DNA of 51,469 nt from Planctomycetota bacterium (GTDB taxonomy: Bacteria > Planctomycetota > Phycisphaerae > FEN-1346): NCBI GenBank assembly GCA_016872895.1, contig VGYT01000002.1, positions 1 through 51,469 of the forward strand. The letters are read 5' to 3'. A program made the position numbers and the translations under genes. The notes under the pieces are model-generated. The model worked only from the letters and a program-made list of their open reading frames with translations, made no database searches and was not told the origin of the DNA. Of this stretch, positions 44,994-51,469 are shown piece after piece (position 1 is the first letter of the stretch; each line of letters opens with the position of its first letter).

Positions 44994-46718
44994 CTATAAT
45001 ACCACGTCGCGCCTGGCGTAGCGCGTGTGCAGCAGTTTACGGCTCCGGTTGCTGAGGGGCCTGCCCAGGTACTCGCGGTACAGGCGCCCGACCGACTCGT
45101 TTCCGTGGGCGGTGCGCACCCGCTCGTCGCGGTCGATCCTGTAGAGGGCCTGCATGCGGGCCTCAACGGCCTCCGGGCCGGCCCCCAGGGGCTGCCCGCC
45201 GCCGGCCACGCACCCGCCCGGGCAGGTCATGACCTCGATGAACTGGAGGTCCCGCCGCCGGCCCTCGCGAATATCCTCCAGCAGCCGCCGGGCGCTCGCC
45301 AGGCCGCTGGCGACGGCCACGCCCAGGTCCAGGTCGCCGATGCGGACGCGCGTCTCCTTCAGGCCCTTCGGGCCGCGAAGCGCCGGCATCCTGGGCTGCT
45401 CCAGTTCCTTGCCCGTAAGCATGAAGTGGAGCGTGCGCAGCACGGCTTCCGCCGCGCCGCCGGACGCGCCGAAAAGTTTGCCCGCCGTGCTGCGCTCGCC
45501 CAGGGGCGAGTCGGCCGGCCCCGGCGCGAGCGCCCCCACGTCCAGGCCGCGCATGCGGATGATCTGCGCCAGTTCCCGCGTCGTCAGGACGGCGTCGACG
45601 TCGGCCGCGCCGCCGCGGGCCATCTCCGGCCGCTCGGCCTCGAACTTCTTCGCCGTGCACGGCGCCACGGAGACGCTGAAAATCTGCGCGGGGTCGAGCG
45701 ACTGCCGCTCGGCGAAGTAACTCTTGACCAGCGCCCCTAACATCTGCTGCGGACTCTTGCATGTAGACAGGTTCTCAATAAAGTCCGGGTACGCCTGCTC
45801 GACGAGTTTGATCCAGCCCGGCGAACACGAGGTCATCATGGGCAGCCGGCCGCCGCTACGGAGGCGATCCACCAGTTCCGACGCCTCTTCCATGACGGTC
45901 AGGTCGGCCGCCAGCGACGCGTCGAAGACGCGCTGGAACCCCAGGCCGCGCAGCACCGCCGTCATCTGGCCGGCGATGTCGGTGCCCGGCTTCAGGCCGA
46001 ACTCCTCCGCCAGCGTCACCGAGACGGCCGGAGCGTGCTGCACGACCACGAACTTCTTCGGGTCGTCCAGCGCCGCCAGGACCTCCTTGACGTGGCTCTG
46101 TTCGCGCAAAGCCCCCGTCGGGCACGCCAGGATGCATTGCCCGCAGTTGATGCAACTGGAGACGTTCAGGCCCTCGTCGAAGGCCGTGCTCACGCGCGTG
46201 CGGCTGCCGCGACCGTGGAAGTCAATCGCGGAGACGCCCTGCACCTCCTCGCACACGCGCACGCACTTCCCGCACAGGATGCACTTGTCGGGGTCGCGGA
46301 TGATCGAGGGGCTCGATGTATCTACCTTGCTTGCGGTGCGGGCCCCGCCGTACCGGCGCTGCCTCACGCCCAGTTCCTCGGCCAGGTCCTGGAGGCGGCA
46401 GGCGCCGCTGCGGACGCAGTAGAGGCAGTCGTCCGGGTGATTCGCCAGCAGCAGTTCCACGATGGTCTTGCGGGCCCTGAGCGCCCGCGGGCTGTGCGTG
46501 CGGACCTTCATCCCCTCTGACACCGGCAAGGCGCAACTCGGCACGAGCGCGCGCTGGCCCTCGACCTCGACGACGCACATGCGGCAGGCGCCGCTCGGCG
46601 GGAGGCCCTCCACGTGGCAGAGCGTGGGGACGCTGAGGCCCGCGCGGCGGAGTGCATCCAGGAGCATCTCGCCCGGCCGGGCGTTTATGGGACGGCCGTT
46701 GGCGTCAATTGTGATCAC
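44994..46718 (-). CDS. hydA: [FeFe]-hydrogenase catalytic subunit, M3-type (2Fe-2S, His-ligated 4Fe-4S, 2x4Fe-4S, H-cluster and C-terminal small-subunit-like tail)
   Basis: 574 aa from GTG 46718. CRMCVVEV, CILCGKCVRVC, CINCGQCILACP, and H-cluster motifs MMTSCSPGW (variant L1), VAPCTAKKFEA (variant L2) and EVMTCPGGCVAGGGQP (L3). Confidence 0.93.
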   Translation of the reverse strand: MITIDANGRPINARPGEMLLDALRRAGLSVPTLCHVEGLPPSGACRMCVVEVEGQRALVPSCALPVSEGMKVRTHSPRALRARKTIVELLLANHPDDCLYCVRSGACRLQDLAEELGVRQRRYGGARTASKVDTSSPSIIRDPDKCILCGKCVRVCEEVQGVSAIDFHGRGSRTRVSTAFDEGLNVSSCINCGQCILACPTGALREQSHVKEVLAALDDPKKFVVVQHAPAVSVTLAEEFGLKPGTDIAGQMTAVLRGLGFQRVFDASLAADLTVMEEASELVDRLRSGGRLPMMTSCSPGWIKLVEQAYPDFIENLSTCKSPQQMLGALVKSYFAERQSLDPAQIFSVSVAPCTAKKFEAERPEMARGGAADVDAVLTTRELAQIIRMRGLDVGALAPGPADSPLGERSTAGKLFGASGGAAEAVLRTLHFMLTGKELEQPRMPALRGPKGLKETRVRIGDLDLGVAVASGLASARRLLEDIREGRRRDLQFIEVMTCPGGCVAGGGQPLGAGPEAVEARMQALYRIDRDERVRTAHGNESVGRLYREYLGRPLSNRSRKLLHTRYARRDVVL

Positions 46719-46758
46719 GGAAGTTCGTCCTCATCTATCAGGCTGTCCGCCGTTTCCA

Positions 46759-46859
46759 TTTTCGATTTGTGATTTGTGATTTTCGATCGGTTCTCCAGTT
46801 CGGCCCCGGTCATCGGCGGTCCCCCGTGTCCGCATCTTCCAAATCGAAAACCGAAAATC
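46759..46859. repeat. Structured AT-rich intercistronic element between hydB and hydA (inverted repeats plus GATTTGT heptamers)
   Basis: TTTTCGATTTG (46759-46769) is the reverse complement of CAAATCGAAAA (46840-46850). GATTTTCGATCGGTT (46778-46792) pairs imperfectly with AACCGAAAATC (46849-46859). There is a tandem GATTTGT-GATTTGT-GATTTTC. Confidence 0.7.
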
Positions 46860-48855
46860 ACTCCACTACCACCGCCTCAAACCTGCACGCCTCCTTGCAC
46901 GCGCCGCAGCCGACGCACTTATCAGGAACGACGTAATGCGGGCTTTCCCGCGCGCCCATGATTGCCCCGGCGGGGCACTTCGACGCGCACACCGTGCAGC
47001 CGTTGCACTTGTCGGCGTCGATACGGTAGGAGAGCAGTTCGCGGCAGACGCCGGCCGGGCAGCGCCGCTCGTAGATGTGCGCCTCGTACTCCGGCCGGAA
47101 GTGCCTCAGCGTCGAGAGGACCGGGTTCGGCGCCGCCTGCCCCAGGCCGCACAGGCTCGTGTCCTTGATGACCTCGGCCAGGCGCGCCAGGTACATGACG
47201 CCCTGGAACCGCTGGAGGGCCTCCAGGCCGCTCTCGCCGCGCCGCCCGCGCGTAATCCGCTGAAGGATCTCCAGCATGCGGCGCGTGCCCTCCCGGCACG
47301 GGATGCACTTGCCGCACGATTCGCGCTGGATGAAATCCATGAAGAACCTGGCAACGTCCACCATGCAGGTATCTTCATCCATCACCACCAGGCCCCCCGA
47401 GCCCATCGCGGCCCCGACGGTCTTCAGAGATTCGTAGTCCACCCGGACGTCGATGTGCTCCGCCGGGATACACCCGCCGGACGGGCCGCCGATGTGGACG
47501 GCCTTGCACCCCTTGCCGCCCGCGATGCCGCCGCCGACGTCGAAGACGATGCGCCGGATGGTGGTCCCCATCGCCACCTCCACCAGGCCCGTCCGCGCGA
47601 CGTTGCCCGAGAGGGCGAAGACTTTCGTCCCTTTCGACGCGGCCGTGCCGACGGCCGCAAACCACTCCGGGCCGCGCGCGATGATCTCCGGCACGTTCGC
47701 CAGCGTCTCCACGCTGTTTATGACCGTGGGCCGCTCGAACAGGCCCCGCACCGCCGGGAACGGGGGCCGCGGCCGCGGCATGCCGCGCCGGCCCTCCACG
47801 GAGGCGATCAGGGCCGTCTCCTCGCCGCAGACGAACGCCCCCGCCCCCTTCTTGATCGCCACCTGGAGGTTGAAGCCCGAATCCAGGACGTTCGTGCCCA
47901 GGAGGCCCGCCGCCTCCGCCTGGTGGACGGCCCCCGCCAGCCGCCGGACCGCCAGCGGATACTCCGCACGGATATAGACATACGCCTTCGTTGCCCCGAT
48001 GGCGTAGGCGGCCACGGCCATCCCCTCCAGCACCCGGTGCGGGTCGCCCTCTATAAGCGCACGGTCCATGAACGCCCCGGGGTCGCCCTCGTCGGCGTTG
48101 CAGACGAGATACTTCTGCTCGGCTGGCGCCCCGAGGGCGCCCTTCCATTTCAGGCCGGTCGGGAACCCGCCCCCGCCCCGCCCGCGCAGGCCGCTCTCCT
48201 CCACCATCTCGCACACTTCCGCCGGCGTCCGGCTCCTGAGCGCCCCCGCAAACGCCCTGTACCCCCCGCGCACCAGGTACTCGTCCATGCTCGACGGGTC
48301 GATGACGCCGCAGTTCGCCAGCACCCGCCGCGTCTGCGGCGCAAAGAACGGGTGCTCGTCCAGCCAGGGCACGCCCGCCCACACCTGCTGCGCGCCGGCC
48401 GGGCGATGCTGCCCCAGGATGTTCTCCGGCGGCGCCCGCCCCGCCAGCACGGCGTCCGCCAGGGCGGCGGCCTTGTCCTCCGCCACCGGCCCGCAGGAGA
48501 GCCGCGTACGGCCAGGCAGTTGAATATCTACAATCGGTTCGGCGGTGCACAGCCCGATGCAGCCGACTTCGACGACGTCTGCCTCGGCGTTCCTCCCGGC
48601 CAGGTGGCGGCGCAGGGCCGCCAGCACGCGCCCCGCGCCCGCCGCCAGCCCGCACGTGCCCGTCCCTACGAGAATCGCCGGCCGCGCGACCGCCTGGCGG
48701 CGCAGCCGGGCCGCACGCTCGGCGGCCGCCTGGCGGCAGGCGTCACTCGCGTGGCACACGGGACCATCGACCAGGCAGGCGATGCGGTCCGGGCACGGGC
48801 GGCTCGGACCATGCCAGCAGCGGTCGCAGCAGCGTTCATCCACCATCCGTGCCAT
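46858..48855 (-). CDS. hydB: NuoF-like flavoprotein subunit of a bifurcating-type [FeFe]-hydrogenase (thioredoxin-like 2Fe-2S, FMN/NADH site, 4Fe-4S, and C-terminal 2x4Fe-4S ferredoxin)
   Basis: 665 aa. GRGGGGFPTGLKW (FMN), ESCGKCIPCREG, and C-terminal CNGCTVCASKCP and CVGCGACKEAC. Confidence 0.92.
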   Translation of the reverse strand: MARMVDERCCDRCWHGPSRPCPDRIACLVDGPVCHASDACRQAAAERAARLRRQAVARPAILVGTGTCGLAAGAGRVLAALRRHLAGRNAEADVVEVGCIGLCTAEPIVDIQLPGRTRLSCGPVAEDKAAALADAVLAGRAPPENILGQHRPAGAQQVWAGVPWLDEHPFFAPQTRRVLANCGVIDPSSMDEYLVRGGYRAFAGALRSRTPAEVCEMVEESGLRGRGGGGFPTGLKWKGALGAPAEQKYLVCNADEGDPGAFMDRALIEGDPHRVLEGMAVAAYAIGATKAYVYIRAEYPLAVRRLAGAVHQAEAAGLLGTNVLDSGFNLQVAIKKGAGAFVCGEETALIASVEGRRGMPRPRPPFPAVRGLFERPTVINSVETLANVPEIIARGPEWFAAVGTAASKGTKVFALSGNVARTGLVEVAMGTTIRRIVFDVGGGIAGGKGCKAVHIGGPSGGCIPAEHIDVRVDYESLKTVGAAMGSGGLVVMDEDTCMVDVARFFMDFIQRESCGKCIPCREGTRRMLEILQRITRGRRGESGLEALQRFQGVMYLARLAEVIKDTSLCGLGQAAPNPVLSTLRHFRPEYEAHIYERRCPAGVCRELLSYRIDADKCNGCTVCASKCPAGAIMGARESPHYVVPDKCVGCGACKEACRFEAVVVE

Positions 48856-49324
48856 CGCGTGCGGCCTTTCCGCGATAGAAGTCCAGGATGCGCCGGACGG
48901 AGTCCGGCCCGACGCAGGCGTGGAACTCGCCGTTCACCGCCAGCACGGGAGCCAGGGCGCACGCGCCCACGCACGCGACCGCCTCCAGGCTGAAGAGGCC
49001 GTCGCGCGAGGTCTCGCCGGGCTTGATGCCCAGGGCCGTCGCCGTCGCGTCCAGCAGCCGCGCGGACCTCTTGACGTGGCAGGCCGTTCCGCGGCAGACC
49101 TGCACGTGGAACTTGCCCGGCGCACGGAATCGGAACTCGTTGTAGAACGTCGCCACGCCGCAGACCTTGCTCGCGGGCAGGCCCAGGTGGCGGCTGACGC
49201 AGATGATGGCCTCCCGCGACAGGTACCCGTGCGCCTCCTGCACCTCCTGGAGGATCGGTATGAGCGCGTCGCGCCCGGCCCCGGCGTGCCTGCGCAGGAT
49301 GAAGTCGATGTCGGGCGCAATCAC
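48836..49324 (-). CDS. hydC: NuoE-like thioredoxin-fold [2Fe-2S] subunit of the hydrogenase
   Basis: 162 aa from GTG 49324, which overlaps the rex stop (GTGA). CRGTACHV...CVGACALAP is the 2Fe-2S ligand pattern. Confidence 0.9.
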   Translation of the reverse strand: MIAPDIDFILRRHAGAGRDALIPILQEVQEAHGYLSREAIICVSRHLGLPASKVCGVATFYNEFRFRAPGKFHVQVCRGTACHVKRSARLLDATATALGIKPGETSRDGLFSLEAVACVGACALAPVLAVNGEFHACVGPDSVRRILDFYRGKAARDGTDGG

Positions 49325-49980
49325 GGGCGGCTTCCCCTTTCGGCGCTCTGCCTGGCAAAGTACGCAACCTTCTCCAGCGAAACAGTCATATCTATATCTT
49401 CAACATGCACGTGGTCCGGAACCCGCAGCCGCACGGGCGCGAAGTTAAGGATCCCCCGCACGCCCGCCTGCACCAGCGCATCCGCCACCGCCTGGGCCGC
49501 CTGCGCCGGAACCGTGATGATCGCCAGGCGGATGCCCTGCCCCTCCGCCACCTCCGCCAGGTGCTCCATCGAGTAGCACCGGCACCCGTGGATGACGCGG
49601 TTGACCTTGTACGGGTCGCTGTCGAAGGCCGCCGCGATTTGGAGGTTCGGCCGCCGCCCGGTGAAATAAGACAGGATGGCCTTGCCGAGATTCCCGACGC
49701 CCACTAAGGCCACCCCCTGGCCCCCCGGGGCGTCCAGGAATTCCCGCAGGCTCTCAATAAGGCGGGGGACCTCGTAGCCGTGGGTCGGGCTGCCGGAGTA
49801 CCCGACGGCCATCAGGTCCCTGCGAACCTGTGCCGCCGTGCAGCCGGCCATGGCGGCCAACTGGTGGGAGTAAATGTTGCGCACTCCCTCGCCCTGGAGG
49901 ACATTCAGGAGCCGCCGATAGAGGCTGAGGCGTCCGATGCTCCTCTCAGAAATGAGCCTTGCTACTTTTTGCGCGGCCAT
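49321..49980 (-). CDS. rex: Redox-sensing transcriptional repressor Rex
   Basis: In ORF 49321..50754. ATG 49980 gives MAAQKVARLISERSIGRLSLYRRLLNVL...GYSGSPTHGYEV (winged helix), then VALVGVGNLGKAIL (NADH Rossmann). The upstream 258 codons of the ORF are Arg/Ser-rich shadow. Confidence 0.9.
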   Translation of the reverse strand: MAAQKVARLISERSIGRLSLYRRLLNVLQGEGVRNIYSHQLAAMAGCTAAQVRRDLMAVGYSGSPTHGYEVPRLIESLREFLDAPGGQGVALVGVGNLGKAILSYFTGRRPNLQIAAAFDSDPYKVNRVIHGCRCYSMEHLAEVAEGQGIRLAIITVPAQAAQAVADALVQAGVRGILNFAPVRLRVPDHVHVEDIDMTVSLEKVAYFARQSAERGSRP

Positions 49981-50001
49981 GATGCGTGAATCTCCTAACG
50001 C

Positions 50002-50017
50002 TGTGACCTGTTTCACG
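50002..50017 (-). promoter_or_regulatory. Candidate Rex operator
   Basis: The minus strand reads CGTGAA-ACAG-GTCACA, against the consensus TGTGAA-N4-TTCACA (10/12). It starts 4 nt downstream of the -10 hexamer and 22 nt upstream of the rex ATG. Confidence 0.55.
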
Positions 50018-50020
50018 ACC

Positions 50021-50049
50021 ACCGTACCACCCGCACTCCGCGCTGTCAA
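50021..50049 (-). promoter_or_regulatory. sigma70-like promoter of the rex-hydCBA operon
   Basis: Reverse strand reads TTGACA-17 nt-TACGGT. Confidence 0.45.
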
Positions 50050-50255
50050 GTCGCATCTTCCCCTTTCTCGCCCCCCGGAACCCGCCTTCCCGCCTCCGCA
50101 ACATGTCTGCGAGTCACGTACGCGCGCATACACACAGGCCCGCAGGCCCACCCCCCACGCGGCCGATCGGCCGGGGTGCTTTGCGCGGTGCGCCACCCGG
50201 CTGTCCCACGTCAGCGCACCTTGGCGCGGCGGTCTCCGCACCCGCCGCGCCACGT

Positions 50256-50284
50256 TTGACAGGCGGCCGGCAAAGCGGTACGCT
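50256..50284 (+). promoter_or_regulatory. sigma70-like promoter for the downstream Gfo/Idh/MocA-like gene
   Basis: TTGACA-17 nt-TACGCT. The 5' UTR contains a GGGCACG-GCGCCG-CGTGCCC hairpin (50315-50334) just before the RBS GAAGGAG (50341). Confidence 0.4.
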
Positions 50285-50353
50285 GGGGCCCCTGATGGAC
50301 ATCGAATGCGGCAGGGGCACGGCGCCGCGTGCCCGTCACGGAAGGAGAAAACG

Positions 50354-51340
50354 ATGAGGGTCCTCGCGCTGGTGCTGTGCCTGTCGTCGTGCGCCCTTGC
50401 CGCCGAGAGCCCGCCGTGGGCGAAGGCGCCCCTGCGGGCCGGAATCATAGGCACAGACACGTCGCACGTTCCGGCGTTTACGTCCACGCTGCACGCGCAT
50501 CCGGAGTGGAAGGTGAAGGTGACGGCCGCCTTCAAGGGCGGCAGCCCGGACGTGCCGTCCAGCCGCGACCGCGTCGAGAAGTACGCCCAGGACCTCCGCG
50601 ACAAGCACGGCGTCCAACTCGTCGATTCAATCGGCGCCATGCTGGCGAAGGTCGACGCGGTCCTGATTGAGAGCGTTGACGGCCGGCCGCACCTCGAGCA
50701 GGCGCGGCCGGTCCTCGCGGCGCGCAAGCCCTTGTTCATCGACAAGCCGTTCACGGCGAGCCTTCAGGATGCCCGCGAGATTGTCCGCCTGGCCGCCGAA
50801 ACAGGAACGCCGTTCTTCAGTTGCTCCTGCGCCCGCTTCCAGCCCGAGATCTGGAAACTCCGCGCCGATGGGGGCGTCGGCAAGGTCACGAAGGTCCAGG
50901 GCAGCGCACCGATGAATCTCGAGCCGCATCACCCGGACCTTTTCTGGTACGGCATCCACGGCGTCGAGGCGCTGTACACCGTGCTTGGGCCGGGGTGCGT
51001 AAGCGTCACGCGCAGAGAGGAAGGCGACCTGGACATCACGGTAGGCACGTGGAAGGACGGCCGCGTGGGCGTATTCCGCGGCGTCAAGAAGGGCGACTAC
51101 AAGCCCATCGTCAAGGTCTGGGGCGAGAAGGGCGAGGTGGAGACGCCCGGCGGATTCTCCTACGCCGGCCTGGTCCAGGTGATGGCCGAGTTCTTCCACA
51201 CAGGCAAGCCGCCCATCGACCCGGCCGAGACGCTGGAGATCGTGGAGTTCATGACGGCCGCACAGGTGAGCAAAGATCGCGGCGGAGCGGAAGTGAAACT
51301 CGAGGAGTTGCGTACCGTGCCTGCGCGCCCTTCCCGGTAG
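50354..51340 (+). CDS. Secreted Gfo/Idh/MocA-like oxidoreductase
   Basis: In ORF 49937..51340. ATG 50354 (GAAGGAG upstream) gives MRVLALVLCLSSCALA (signal), then LRAGIIGTDTSHVPAF...AVLIESVDGRPHLEQARPVLAARKPLFIDKP. Confidence 0.8.
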   Translation: MRVLALVLCLSSCALAAESPPWAKAPLRAGIIGTDTSHVPAFTSTLHAHPEWKVKVTAAFKGGSPDVPSSRDRVEKYAQDLRDKHGVQLVDSIGAMLAKVDAVLIESVDGRPHLEQARPVLAARKPLFIDKPFTASLQDAREIVRLAAETGTPFFSCSCARFQPEIWKLRADGGVGKVTKVQGSAPMNLEPHHPDLFWYGIHGVEALYTVLGPGCVSVTRREEGDLDITVGTWKDGRVGVFRGVKKGDYKPIVKVWGEKGEVETPGGFSYAGLVQVMAEFFHTGKPPIDPAETLEIVEFMTAAQVSKDRGGAEVKLEELRTVPARPSR

Positions 51341-51343
51341 GCG

Positions 51344-51423
51344 TGGAGGCGGCGGCGGGATTCGAACCCGCGACATATGGCGGTTTTGCAAACCGCTGCC
51401 TTGAACCACTTGGCTACGCCGCC
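51344..51423 (-). tRNA. tRNA-Cys (anticodon GCA), with CCA encoded
   Basis: Hand fold of the reverse strand:
- acceptor GGCGGCG/CGCCGCC
- D-arm GCC(A)...(A)GGC
- anticodon stem GCGGT/ACCGC with loop TTGCAAA
- T-arm GCGGG-TTCGAAT-CCCGC
- discriminator U, then CCA
The variable region looks unusually long at about 8 nt (CATATGTC). Confidence 0.85.
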
Positions 51424-51469
51424 CTCGTGCCCGGATTCTAGCCCCTGCCGGGGCGGCTTTCAAGCGTCA

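Noticed and set aside
46936-48993. 685-aa plus-strand ORF
   Set aside because: Antisense to the NuoF-like hydB, which has FMN and Fe-S motifs. It is Arg/Pro/Ala-rich.
50627-51463. 278-aa minus-strand ORF overlapping the tRNA
   Set aside because: Antisense to the Gfo/Idh/MocA-like gene, and it reads through the tRNA-Cys gene.
51344-51469. tRNA-Cys as the edge of a genomic island or mobile element
   Set aside because: There is no integrase, transposase or direct repeat of the tRNA 3' end anywhere in the window, so this cannot be judged from the 46 nt beyond the tRNA.

Overview
This is a very GC-rich bacterial chromosomal window. I call about 39 protein genes and one tRNA. I see no rRNA, CRISPR array, transposase or integrase. 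Many long Arg/Ala/Gly/Pro-rich ORFs in the track are antisense shadows of real genes, and I rejected them.

Gene content, left to right:
- An NfnAB/GltD-like oxidoreductase pair, divergent from gdhA plus an archaeal-type NrpR nitrogen-repressor homologue.
- A PEP-CTERM protein.
- An AT-richer convergent spacer carrying two perfect DnaA boxes and TTTTTGACC iteron-like repeats.
- A block of exported genes on the minus strand: a CXXCH beta-propeller, an FG-GAP protein, a PQQ-like propeller, a sulfatase and a methyltransferase-propeller fusion.
- A PL6-like lyase and a TMTC-like membrane TPR protein.
- A STAS-kinase-STAS partner-switching module.
- A feoB operon bracketed by two DtxR-family regulators.
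- Several exported hydrolases, and a TolC/HlyD pair with no pump gene.
- A rex-hydC-hydB-hydA-response-regulator operon encoding a trimeric [FeFe]-hydrogenase.
- tRNA-Cys at the right edge.

The gene set (PEP-CTERM, TAT-signal Gfo/Idh/MocA enzymes, sulfatase, planctomycete-type CXXCH motif) suggests an anaerobic Planctomycetota-like organism. That is inference only.

Reading the spacers by eye gave four kinds of signal:
- A consistent TTGACA/TTGCAC-N16/17-TAnnnT promoter architecture, which corrects several ORF-track starts.
- A candidate operator palindrome inside the feo promoter and a Rex box at the hydrogenase promoter.
- A REP-like GGCACG...CGTGCC palindrome family, with one copy inside a CDS.
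- A sense-oriented GTTCAAAGT[G/C] motif just after several stop codons.

The hydrogenase carries TSCSPGW in place of the canonical TSCCPxW H-cluster motif.

Everything here is hand translation and motif recall. No searches were run.
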